64,000 nucleotides of DNA. Source: Glaucostegus cemiculus. Its lineage: Eukaryota. Shown here piece by piece: positions 12,238 to 24,190 of this stretch (position 1 is the stretch's first letter; every line of letters begins with the position of its first letter). The stretch lies in the NCBI GenBank assembly GCA_976551045.1, contig CDPCPM010000241.1, positions 5,270,001 to 5,334,000 on the forward strand. Reading direction: 5' to 3'. The notes below the pieces were generated by a model, which made no database searches, was not told where the DNA came from, and saw only the letters and a list, made by a program, of their open reading frames with translations. The translations under genes were made by a program, and so were the position numbers.

Positions 12238-13745
12238 AGGGGACTCGGAGAGACAGTATCCATGTGCATTTGGAAAAACAAGAACTGATAAGGGGCAGTC
12301 GGCATGGCTTTGTGAGTGGGAACTCATGACTGAGTTTTTTGAAGAGGTGACCAAGAGAATTGACAAGGCCAAGGTGGTACACATTGTCTACATGGACTTG
12401 AGGTCCCACATGGTAGGCAGGTCTGTAAGGTTAGATCACATGGGAACCAGGGTGAGCAAGCCAATTGGATACAAAGTTGACTTGGTGGAAGGAGTCAGAG
12501 GGTGGTAGTGTAGGGTTGTTTTTCAGATTGGAGGCCTGTGACCAGTGGTGTGCCTGACAGATCATTGCTGAGTCCTCTTTTGTTTGTCATATATATATCA
12601 ATGATTTGGATGAGGATGTAGGTGGCATAATTAGGAAATTTACTGATGACCCCAAAATCGGTGGTACAGTGGAAAGTGAAGAAGATTGTCTGAAGTTACA
12701 ACAGAATTTCGATCAATTGACAAAATGGGCAAAGGAATGGCAGATGGAATTCAACTCAGGCAAGTGAAAAGTGATGCATTTTTTGAAGTTAATTCTGGCC
12801 AGGACAAACACGGTGAATGAGAAAGCCCTAGGGAGTGCTGTAGAACAAAGAGACCTAGGGGTACAGGTACATAATTCCCTGAATATGGTGACACAGGTAG
12901 ACAAGGTAGTGAAGAAGGGGTTTGGCACGCTTGCCTTCATCGGTCAGGGCATTGAGTACCAGAGTTGGGACATCATGTTATAGCTGTACAAGATGTAAGT
13001 GAGACCACTCTTGGAGTATTATGTGCAGTTCTGGTTAACGTGCTAGAGAAAGGATGTGATTAAGCTAGAGAGGGTGCAGAAAAGATTCACTTGGATGTTG
13101 CTGGGACTGAAGGTTTTGAGTTATAAGGAGAGGCTGGGACTCCATCTTTCCTTTTGTATTTGTTCACTTAATAAGAGAATGGGAGGTCTAAGTTACTTTT
13201 TTTTATGCCTTGTGATCATATAAACTGCTATTATTGCTATCCTGACCTCTTTGCACCATATCTATAATTACTAATATTATAAATATTATTTTGTACTAAT
13301 TTGAAAATTAATAAAAAGATTGAAAAAGAAAAAAAAAGGATGGCTGGGACTGTTTTCCCTTGAGCAAAGAAGGCTGAGGGATGACCTTAGAGAGGTTTGA
13401 AAAATCATGAGGAGCATTAATAAGGTGGATTGTCATAGGCTTTTTCCTAGGGTAGGGGATTCTAAAACTGGAGGGCATTGGGAAAGATGTGAAGGTGACC
13501 TGAGGGGCAGGTTTTAAACACAGAAGGTAGTGGGTATATGGAATGAGGTGCCAGAGGAACTGGTAGAGCTGGGTACAATTACGATGTTGAAAAGACATTT
13601 GAACAGGTGCATGATAGGAAAGATTGAGAGGGATATGGGCCAAACACAGGCAAATGGAACTTGCTCAGGTAGGCACCTTGGTTAGCATGGATGAGTTGAG
13701 CCAAAGAACCTATTTCCATGCTATATAACTCCATGACTCTATGAA
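12238..13745 (+). mobile_element. CR1 (HER1-like) LINE, 5'-truncated, decayed RT plus 3' tail
   Basis: ORF pieces TEFFEEVTKRIDKAKVVHIVYMD and EQRDLGVQVHNSL...VKKGFGTLAFIGQGIEYQSWDIML. KFTDDPK (FADD-like) lies at ~12636, and the element ends ctccatgactctatga. Confidence 0.95.
13142..13335 (+). mobile_element. Short polyadenylated retroposed insert (L1/Tx1-type 3' end) nested in CR1
   Basis: AATAAA at 13310-13315 and A-rich tail at 13323-13337, flanked by direct repeats aaggagaggctgggact (13125-13141) and aaggatggctgggact (13336-13351). Confidence 0.75.
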
Positions 13746-14056
13746 ATAATTCCCAATGAACTCAAGGCAGACTTAATGAAGTATTGTTCAGGCACCAGGA
13801 TTGGACATGATTACTTTGTTTGCACAACTCTATGTTCCCCTTTGGGAGATATTGCACTGTTGCACAGATCATTCTCCAACAAGTTCCAAATGATAGGTGC
13901 TTTGGACAGTAATAGGAAGCCTCTTTCAAAATGTGTCCAGCTACTTCATCAAAGTTAGTGGTGGAATTAACATAACGTTTTGAGACTGTCTCCATCTCGT
14001 CAATAGCAGGCAGAATAAGTAAGGATTGGTCACAATGCATGAAAAGAAATCAAAGC

Positions 14057-15270
14057 AGACACATGAGACTGCAAATGCAAGAGTCCAGAGTGAAAAAAAA
14101 CCTGACTGCTGGGGGATCTCAGAGGGTTTAGCAGCACCTGTGGAGGCAAAGGGATGGCCGATGTTTTGGGTTGAGACCCTGAAGTGGGACTGAGAGTGTG
14201 GAGGGAAGATAGCCAGTATAAAGACGTGAGAGGGAGGGATGAGATGGGCTGGTAGGAGATGGATAGAACCAGGTGAGTTGGGGGATGATAGGCAGATGGA
14301 GCTCGGTGGGGAAGGGGAGAGGGGAGTTTTAAGACCAATGCTGGTGGATGATAGGTGGAAACAGATAAGATAGAGAAGAAACTATGGGGAGATAGAGCCA
14401 GGGGGTGGAGCAGAAGGAGGAAGAAAGAGGCAAGGGCTGGAAGGTGATAAGTGGAACCAAATAAGGGAGGGATGCTAGGTAGATGGGACCAGATGGGGGA
14501 GGGGGTAGGGAGGGCAGGCCAGGAGACAAGAAAACCTGTGAATAGGTGTGTGAGTGATGAGCAGCTGCAAAGGAAAAAGATGAACAAAGGGAGAGAGAAT
14601 GAGGTGGATGAGTGGAAGTGGGAAAGAAACACAGGAGGAGTGGGTTACCTAAAATTGGAAAATTCAATGTTTACGCTATTGGGCCTTAGGCAACCCAGGC
14701 GGAATATGAGACGCTGTTCTTCCAGCTTGCATTTGGCATCACCTTGGCAGTGGAGGTGGACAAGGACAGACAGGTCAGTGTGACAGTGGGATGTAGAGCT
14801 GAGGTGACATGCAACCGGAAGCTCAAGATGGCTGCTGGGGACAAATCATAAGTACTCTACAAAATGGTCAACCAGTCTACACCTAGTCTTGCCGATGTAG
14901 AGGAGGACACATGGAGAGCACTGAACGCAATAGATAAATTTGGAGGAGGTGTATGCGAATCTCTGTCTCACCTGGAAGGGCTGTTTAGGCTCCTGGATAG
15001 TGGTGAGGGAGGAAGTGTAGGGATAGATGTTGCAGGGGAAAGTGCCAGGGGACAGGGAGGGGTTGGTGAGGAGGGATGAGTGGAGGAGGGAGTGGTCCCT
15101 GAAGAAAGCAGAAAGGTTGGTGGGGGGGGGGGGGGAGTGAGAGGGTTGATGTGACTAGTGGTGAGTCGTGTAGTAGCTGGTGGAAAGGGCAAAGGATGAT
15201 GTGTTGAATGTGGATGCTAATGGGGTGAAAGGTGAGGACCAAAGGAAGTCTATCTCTGTTCCTGTCTTGG
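14057..15270 (-). mobile_element. Penelope-like element 3' portion (GIY-YIG endonuclease remnant plus pseudo-LTR)
   Basis: Minus-strand translations give VLTFHPISIHIQHIIL (ORF 14985-15242), LLYIGKTRCRLVDHF (~14862-14906) and CKLEEQRLIFRLGCLRPNSVNIEFSNFR* (~14645-14735). The pLTR at 14057-14195 holds a decayed hammerhead-like cagggtctcaacccaaaacatc. Confidence 0.9.
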
Positions 15271-16571
15271 GGGTATCAGCAGGGTCCCATATCATTTCAG
15301 CAAGATGTTATTACTCTTGCATTCAACTGTGTGCGTAAATGAACCCACTGTGTTAGTGAGCGTGTGAATGAGAATGTGACAATGTGTAATGAGAGCAATG
15401 TAACGTGTGAATGAGCTCAACACAATCATGAGAGTGCACAACATCTGTGTGACAGAGTTTGTGTTTGAGCTCAGTTTGACACTGAGTGTGCAAATAATTA
15501 CAATGCAACTGTGAGTGTGTAAAAATGGTTTGTGAGACAATACATGCACTGGGAATCAAAGGATTGCTCCTAGATTGTATCCAGGGCAAGTATTGCCTTA
15601 GTTTATCCGCTCACCTGGGTTTTACTGGGCACCTTCCTAATACAATGTTAGACTTAGTGCTTGAATCTCTGGAATGGGTCTTCAATTTATGTCCTTCTGA
15701 CCAGAGGGTTACGCCTAGTCTGGCTCACTTGCACATTTGAACTCATTTGAGCACTCATTGTTTATTCATGCATTCATTATCACTGTGTCATGATTCTGAG
15801 TACTGGCCCTTGATATGGCTCCTTAGATGCCTCATTGTACAGCACATGGATTCCATGCTGGACTGATTGCATAATGACACACCCCTGAGCCCCATCAGGG
15901 GCCTAGCATAAGTACCAGGGTTTCTCTAGCACTAGTTGCTAGAGTATTGGTCAACCTTTGGGTATACTTTGGTTCCTTGTTGCTTCGAGTGGCCTACTCT
16001 AGAGCAGTCCTGCATTCTCTATTCCTGCTTGAAGATTCAGCTTGTGTTGGGACTACTACTCAGATCTCCGAGGCAAGACTCCTTCCAGTTGCTGCTTGTG
16101 TTTGGTCCTGAAGAAGTATCCTGACTCCAGTCTTGTACCAGTGTGCTGCATTTGGGTTGTCTGTGAGCTTGCTCTTCAATCAACATTGTGACACACTGAT
16201 CTTTTCTGCACACTGAGTCCATTTCCTCACTTGCTGTTATACTGAAGTTATTTGCACACAATGTTACACTGACCTAATTTACATAATTTCAGTTAATTTT
16301 TGCACATCCACAGGTCACACTGAATTCATTTATGCATTGTCTGTCTCACTGGGCTCTTAATATATGTCACAATGAGCTTTTTACACACTCACAGTGTAAT
16401 AATTCACACACTCAGTGTCAAACTGAGCTCATTCACAGACACTGTCACACAGATCACGTGCTCTCATAATCTTGTTGAGCTCATTCACACACAGTTACAC
16501 CACTCTCGTTACATATTGTTACACTTTCATTTACATGCTCACTAACACAGTGGGCTCATTTACACACTCAA

Positions 16572-17130
16572 TTGAATACAAGAGTAGAAACATCTTGCTG
16601 CAGTTATATAGGGCCCTGCAGATACAGCATCTGCAATACTATGCACAGACCTGGTGTCTCTACTAAGGGAGAATGTACTTGTGATAGAAGGAGTCCAACT
16701 AAGGTTCACCAGATTGATTCCCTAGTTGGAGTGTTTGTTCGTTGAGGAGTGGTTAAACGAACTGGGCCTTAACTCACTTGAGAAGAGTGAGAGAACTCAT
16801 TGAAACATGCAAATTTCTTATGGAGCAGATGGAATGACAATGTTTCCTCTGTCTGGGGTATCCAGAACCAGAAGTCACAGTCTCAAAGTAAGGGATCAGA
16901 TATTATGGTCTGAGGTTAGAAGATGTTTCCTCACCTAGTGAATAGTGAATTTTTGGAATTCTTTACCCAAGAGGGGTGTGGGGTTTCATTTACTGAGTAC
17001 ATCCAAGACAGACACCAATAGATGTTAAGGGATGTGGGGAAAGAAAGGTTGAGGTAAAAGATTAGCCATGGTCTTATTGAGTGATGGAGCAGGTACAAGA
17101 GGCTGAATAGCCTATTCCTGCTTCTGTTTT
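16572..17130 (+). mobile_element. CR1 LINE 3' fragment
   Basis: IEYKSRNILLQLYRAL...HLQYYAQTW (ORF 16472-16666), ending aggctgaatagcctattcctgcttct. Confidence 0.9.
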
Positions 17131-19199
17131 TGATGGTATATTGATAGTGACCACACCTACATGCCTGCAATCAAACAGAATCGCGGGTACACAAACAGAA
17201 TGAGCATATTTTCATTCCATTTACACCACTGAGCACATTTCTACATTCACTATTCCACTGTTATAATTCACACACTCACAATCATGTGGAGCTCATTACA
17301 CATTCACAGACAAATTGGTCTTATTTACACACACTGCCTTCATCCATGTACCCACTATCACATTGAGATCATTTATACATTCAGTGCCACATTGAAACCA
17401 TGCGCATGCTTGCTGTCACACTGAGCTCATTGGCATGCTTCCCATCACAAAGTTCTTTAACATAAACAGGCAACTAAGCTCGTTTGCACAGTCAAAATTA
17501 AGCTGATTTTATTTATACACTCACTACCATATTGAACTCATTGAAATGTTTATAATCACATTGAGCTCATTCACTCTTTTATACATACATCATCCTTTTG
17601 GGACCATCCATGTGCTCACTATCATGCATAATTCATGCAAATATACACAACTGCACTGAGATCTTTTACAGCTTTACTTTTACACATTTTTCCTGAGTTT
17701 ATTTATTCATGCAGTCACACTGAATTCACTTATACTCAGTGTCACAATGAGCTCCCTCATGGTCAAGTTGAACTTCATGGACTCACTGTCATGCTAAACT
17801 TAGTTTTGCACTCACCATCACTGTGAAGTTATCTGTGAAACCATTGTCACTCTGAGCCCATATATACACTCACTAACATTCACAGCTTATTTACACATTG
17901 TGGTTACAGTGAACTCATTAACACACAGTGCAACAATGAGCAGACACACACTATCCATTCACAGTTATGTTGGATTCATTAACAGATATACAGTCAACTC
18001 ATTCATACACCAAATGTTACACTGATCACATTCAAAGATAATCACACTTCACTCACACACTCATTATCACTCTAAGCTAATTTGCACTACCAGTGCCATG
18101 TTGAGCTCATTCACAATCACGGTGTCTCCGACACACTTGTTGCAACACTGAACTCATTGACAGACTCACAATAACAGAGCCTATTTATATGCACTGATGT
18201 AATAAACATCTATTAGAGATAGACTGAATTAAATCAGTTACACTAGACTTGCTTTGTGCACTGACTGTCACACCAAGAACATTCTCATCCTTTTAGTCAT
18301 GCTGTTCAGTTGCATATTTGCTGTTAGATTGAGCTCATATACACTGAAGTCATTTAACCAAACAAAGTCAACATCAAGCTCATTCACACGCACAATCACA
18401 TTATGCACATTCTCACAATCCCGGTCAAATTACTTGCACACTTATTAGTACACTGCTTATTTATAAATTCATAGACTCACTCAGCTCACTTTCCCCCTAC
18501 TGTCATATTGAACACCAATTTGCACTTGGATTTTTCCACAGCCCCATTTATATGCTGACATGTAGAACATGTTCTCACACTCATTGCTACTCTTAATTCA
18601 TGCGCTGGCACAGTGAGGTTTATTTTGCTCACTCACAGTTATGCTGAGCTCATTTATACACAATGTAACCCTGAGCTGACACCCACATTCCATTTGCATT
18701 GGGCTCAGTCACAGTTACTGTAAACTAATTAACACAGTAGCCCCTAATTCATTCACAAGTCACTCCAAATTCATTCATTGACCTTGTTCACACACTCAGA
18801 AACATCTGCCAATTTCCTATGGGCAAGTAAACAATAAATGGGTTTTAAGTGGAGAAGTGGCCAAAATGGAAATGTATTCACAGTCACAGATGGTATGTTT
18901 GAGGTACTGAATGACTATCATTCTTCACCACGTAACAGAAAGGGCCAATGAGGGAACTGTAGTTGATGTGGTATATATAGTCTTACAAAAGCCACCTGAT
19001 AAAGTGGCACACAATCAGCTACTCATCAATATTGAAGGCCATGGAATAAAAAGAACTGATGCAGAATGGATGGAAAATATGTGATGCAACAGGAAACAAA
19101 GGAGAGAGGAAGTGTACAAGGGAGATAGCCTCAGATTTTCTCATTGACTTGGACATGGGTACAACTGTAAGGAGCATAATAATTGACCATAAGGACTTA

Positions 19200-19885
19200 A
19201 ACGCAAAAGAATCTGCAAATGATGGAAATCTGAAATAAAAATAGAAAGCTGGCAACACTGAGAAAGTCAGGCAGCATCCATGGAAAGATAAACAGATAAT
19301 ATTTCAGGTCTGGGTCCCTTCATCAGAACTGGAAAAGAAGAAAACACAAGTTAGTTTACAGTAGCAGAAACAGTGGGGTAGAGATGGTAGAAGAAACTGA
19401 TGGAGTGAGTCAAAAGGGGTTAATGAGGGCAGGAACAAGCACATTTTTGCTTCTTTGTCCATGTAATATGTTAACAGTGAGGCCATAGCACATGCTCAAC
19501 AGGCAGACTATGCAAATCGAGTAAGAAAAACTGAGCCGAAATAATAACAGGCAGAAAATTTCAGGTCTGATACAGGCTGAAAGAATGAGTTACCTGAAGT
19601 TGGAAAATTCAATATTGGTATGTTTATGTGAAAAATCAAGTGTTGTTTCTCAAGTTTGCATTGGGACTCGTTGTAGCAATGCAGGAAGTCTGCAGACTGA
19701 AATGTCAGAGTGGGAGTGGGATGGAGAATTAAGGTGGCAACAGGAAGCTCTGTGTCTCTCCCGCAGATTTGTTTCTCCTCTATTCCAGTTCTGACAAAGG
19801 GTTCCAGACCTGAAACATTAACTGTTTCTTTTTCCACAGATGCTGCCTGACCTGCTGAAAGTTTCCAGCATTTTCTCTTTTTATT
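19200..19885. mobile_element. Penelope-derived element with inverted pseudo-LTRs, nested in CR1
   Basis: ~19235-19333 is the reverse complement of ~19783-19885 (ttccagttctga..aaggg..ccagacctgaaa.att..ctgtt...gatgctgcctgac). The interior has the GIY-YIG tail remnant SQCKLEKQHLIF (ORF 19508-19966, minus). Confidence 0.88.
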
Positions 19886-20464
19886 TAAGGAGATAAAAAC
19901 AGGCTGGTGGATTGAGCTTATATGTGGCAGCTGAAACTTAATGCTGAGAAATGTGAAGTGTCTCATTTTGGTAAGAAGAATAAGAAGAGGTAGTTTGAAC
20001 TAGGGGGAGAAGTTCTCAAAAATGAATAAGAACAGGAAGGTTAGGGTGGTATTTGTATACATTCTTATCCATTTTGTTCAGCAAACCTGTCATTGAAAGT
20101 GATAAGGTTGGGTTTAGAAAATGGTTAAAATGTGTCAGGAATTCTGGGCTTTATAAACAGAGGTACAGAGCCCAAGTGCAAGGAAGCTACGATGACTGTT
20201 TATAGAACATTGTTTCTGCCACAACTAGAGTTCTGCCACAACTGTGTCCAGTTATAAGTACTTCACTATAGAAAAGATGTGAAGGCTTTGGATAGGGTGC
20301 CAAGAAAACTTATCAAGGTTATTCTAGGGATGGGAGTCTTCAGTTTTGTGAATAGACTGGAGAAGACAGAAATGTTCTCCATGGAGCAGAAGAGATTACA
20401 AGGAAATATAATAAAGGTATCTAATATCATGAAGGGTAGAGGCAGAGTACATAGGGAGAAAGTA

Positions 20465-20530
20465 AAGTATGCACAAGTATGGTGAGAGGTACAGGTACAA
20501 TGAAAAGCTTGCTTGCAGCAACACAAGCTG
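20465..20530 (-). mobile_element. Short Rex1-type LINE 3' tail inserted in CR1
   Basis: ggtacaggtacaatgaaaagcttgcttgca resembles the tails at 46505-46550 and 60255-60300 and interrupts CR1 colinearity. Confidence 0.45.
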
Positions 20531-21084
20531 CTTAAAAGCACAGGGATACAGAATGTAGAAAATTGGTAAATGAACCAAAATTGGCATGAGAAGAAGTTTT
20601 CTTACATAGCATGTGGTCAGAGTCTGGATTGCACTGTCAGGGGTAAGAATAGAGGCAGATTTAATGGTAGGTTTTGAAAGAAAGTTGGATAAGTACCTGA
20701 AGTGAAAGAGCTTTAAGGGCTGTGGGGACGGGATGGGAACAGAACTGGCTGCATCACTCTTACATAGAGTTGGTGCAGACTTAATGAACCAAATTGCCTC
20801 ATTTACTACTGTAACTATTCTGTAGTTTCTACAAAGCTTATTTAATGCTCCCTGTAACACTAAACTCATGCACACCCTGTCACACTGAGGTTATTCACAC
20901 ACTAACTTACATGGAATTCATTTAGATTTACATCAGATTTATCTACATACTCATGGCCACACAGAGCTTGATATGTTAATCCACAGTAACACCAAACTTA
21001 CTGTAACACAAAGCATTCACACAGATTCGCAGAAGTCACTTTTAGTTACACTGAACTTATTTACTCACTCAGTGTCACTCCTGT

Positions 21085-21167
21085 GGACTTGTTTTACTCT
21101 CTTTCCCAGTTCGGATGAAGGGTCCCAGACCTGAAACATTAGCTGCTTCTCTTTGACTTTAGATACC
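21085..21167 (+). mobile_element. Penelope pseudo-LTR fragment
   Basis: cccagttcggatgaagggtcccagacctgaaacattagctgcttctct matches 19784-19830. Confidence 0.8.
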
Positions 21168-21604
21168 TCTATCAGCTAGAGTTAAAACAAATTCAGTCAA
21201 TACCCCACAGTTACACTCATTTACATACTCATATGTAAACACTCAAAGCCACATTGAGCTCATTTAAACATAGAGTCAAACAGAAGTATTTTGTGAATTC
21301 AGGAACATGCTGATCTCATTTACACATTCATACTCACTCTGAGCTCATCTGCACACTTGATGTCACACTGAGCTCATTCTTATACTCACAAACTACTGCC
21401 ACTGACCAAATTTACATAATCATAGTTAATTCACACACACACACACGCACAAAAACACCATTTGGTGATTTTGGGCTCAGTTACACACTCACAGTTATAA
21501 TCACTGTTAGCCTGAGTTCAGTCTTGTCCTCACAGTTGAACTGACTCATTTATACCTGCAGTTATAGTTAATTCATTTGCATATTCACTGTCACCTCAAG
21601 CTCA

Positions 21605-21675
21605 GAGAGTCTTAGTCATGGAGCTAAACAGTACTGAAACAGGCCCTTCAGCCCAACTCATCCATGCCAACCATC
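21605..21675 (-). mobile_element. CR1/HE1 3' tail fragment
   Basis: gtcatggagctaaacagtactgaaacaggcccttcagcccaactcatccatgcc is the reverse complement of the tail at ~13685-13740. Confidence 0.8.
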
Positions 21676-23829
21676 CGCACTCCCCGAATACAGTTACAGT
21701 AGACTAATTTACACACTCACATATCATGGACATTAACAAATTCATAGTACCATTAAGCTCATTCAGATAGTGACAATCACGTTGAAATTCACAGATTTGT
21801 CATTATACTGACCACATTTATAGATTTACTATCGCACTGATTTCATTCACGCACTCAGTTAAATTTTGCTCATTACTATACTTGCCATTATGGCAAATTA
21901 TCTACACATTGCCACATCTCCATTCCTCTTTGACAGTTTCCAGGGGCTAATATCCATACTTCATTCACACACTCATGGTTGTACTGAGTTCATTTACACA
22001 CTTACAGCTATACTTGGCACACCTACACTAAGCTCTTCATATTTTCGGATTGAATATTCAATATCACTGAGCACATTCTCACCCTCAGAGCCATGCTGAG
22101 CTCATTCACATACAGCCACACAGACCTCGTTTACACAAAGTTAGATTGAGTTCACACCTTTAGCATGACAGTGATCTTATTTATATGCAGTGAGTCACTG
22201 GCATATTCCATTCACAGTTATATTCGGCACACTTACACACTAACACAGCGATGAAAGAATCATTCACATACCCATGGTTACAATGAACATTCGTACATTG
22301 TCACACTGAGCTCTTTTTACACACTGTTACACAGACCACATTTACACTCATAGCTACTCTGAGCTCTTTTGCACTTCACAGCAACGGTAAATTCACATGT
22401 TTTGTCAGCTGAATTCATTCACACATTATTACATTGAAGTTACTTATACTCCACAATTTCTCACTGTGATACAAGTCCATTTACACACTCGCAGATACAG
22501 TAGCCATTTACACACTGTCACTCTGTGCTCTATACATGCACACACTAACACCGTGTTCATTTGCATACCAATAGTCAGACTGCGTTCATTCATGCACCCA
22601 CTGTTACATTCTCATCTGGACACTCTGAGCTCATTTTCACACTGCACTGTCACAGTTACCATTGCGTGTGTTTATACTCCCAGACACATGGAACTCACTT
22701 GCATTTAGAATGGGCTGATTCACACACTCACAATTATAGCGAGCTAATTCAGTCATTGATACACTGAGCTCATTTATATATTCAGAGTCACAGATATTTT
22801 ATCGTTTCACATTAATGTTAAAATGAGCTAGTTCACACTTACTTGCCTTTCCTTAAATTACATTACACCTAAAATCTAAGCGTAATCACAGCTACAGTAA
22901 AATATCTTCTCTCGGTTATACCAAGCTTATTACACAGAGTTGAAGTCGGCTCAAATGCGCATATTCCCACCTGTGTCGCTATTGACATTCACGGACGCAC
23001 TTGACATATTCGTTCATAAATGCAGTTGCTCACAATTACACTGCTCTCATTGTCACAAACGTCCATGCATCATTACACGATGAATCACACATACTCCCAT
23101 ATAGACTGTGATCATTGACTCACACCGAAGCAATTGAATAACGGTGCGATCTCAGTATAAATTCCTCCTTGTGGGACTGTGGCAGTTACTTCCAATGATT
23201 CAGACAAATGTTGTGTCAATGTTCAAAATTAGTTTGGATGGGTGGACGGAAAAGGATTGGAGAGAGGGACATGGGAACAGGGCAGAACAATAACTAGCTG
23301 GGGCAGAGGGCGGTTGGGTAGACCGAATGTAGTCTCATTTTAACTCAAGAGCTAGGCTTGGCGAGGCGGAAGATAAGTGAAATTCATTAGAGGAGATATC
23401 GACACACGGCTTCCGAAGTTAGACAGTAGTTCATATCTGATTTATAGAGCACACGTTTTGTTTTGACGCAAAGCCCAAAATACTTTGAACTGAAGTTAAA
23501 CTTCTTATATGCATGGTTTGGTGCAGACAGGAACTGTTTTGGTTTCTCAGGGTTACAGTGGGCTCACCGACAATCCTCCCAACCTCCCTCAAACCTTCTC
23601 GTTAAGTCTTGATCGTCAAAGTGGTTGAGGTGTAGATTTGTCCATAGAGCTGTACTGCTGCATCGGTGCCAGCGCCTGCTTCATCGGCGTGGTCAGCAGC
23701 AGATAACTTCTCATGGAGACCAACCTGTCTATGCAGAGTCAAACATGCAGGGTCTCAAAACCAGGAAATAGTTGGCACTAAATATTCCTGGTCGGAAACA
23801 TGTGCGGCCAAGAGGAGATGCTGGACCAC

Positions 23830-24190
23830 TGACTCATGGAGTCAAAGAAGCAGGCTTTTCGGCCCATCATGTCAGTTCCGACTATATGTACACACTTCTA
23901 TGCCATGACGATTCAAACGCTTTTCTAAATACTATTTCTAAGGTGTGAGAGTACCTGCCTCCACCATCTCCCCAAGCAGCGCAGTCCGGGGTTCAACCAC
24001 GCTTTATGTGATTAAAATATCCCCTTCTAACCTCCTACCTCCCATCCGCCCTTTGCTTTAAACACCACACCAAAGGGGAAAAACCCACCTTCTAACCATC
24101 TACCTTCAAGGAGGAAAGACTCTAACAATCTATCTGATCGATCCTCCTGATATTTTTGTATTAAAGTTAACATTATCCACCACTGCCCCG
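23830..24190 (-). mobile_element. Ancient CR1 3' fragment
   Basis: gaagcaggcttttcggcccatc...cctgcctccaccatctccccaagcagcgcagtcc...accacgctttatgtg. Confidence 0.6.

Larger units (their letters stand above)
18830..20825 (+). mobile_element. Old CR1 LINE split by nested insertions
   Basis: EGTVVDVVYIVLQKPPDKVAHNQL (VDVVYMDFQKAFDKVPH-like) at ~18948. It resumes at ~19890 with WQLKLNAEKCEVSHFGKKN; ORF 20279-20485 is a CR1 C-terminus and the tail is near 20790-20825. Confidence 0.88.
16190..23120. repeat. Degenerate 29-bp minisatellite array (consensus approx. CTGAGCTCATTYACACACTCACTGTCACA), interrupted by TEs
   Basis: Unit starts are 29 bp apart at 17364/17393/17422 and 21310/21339/21368, with dozens of tgagctcatt-like cores. 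An inverted block lies at ~15330-15538. Confidence 0.85.

Noticed and set aside
16190-23120. 29-bp repeats with a palindromic core read as a CRISPR array
   Set aside because: Units are head-to-tail with no unique spacers and are highly degenerate. There are no cas genes and the context is a vertebrate genome.
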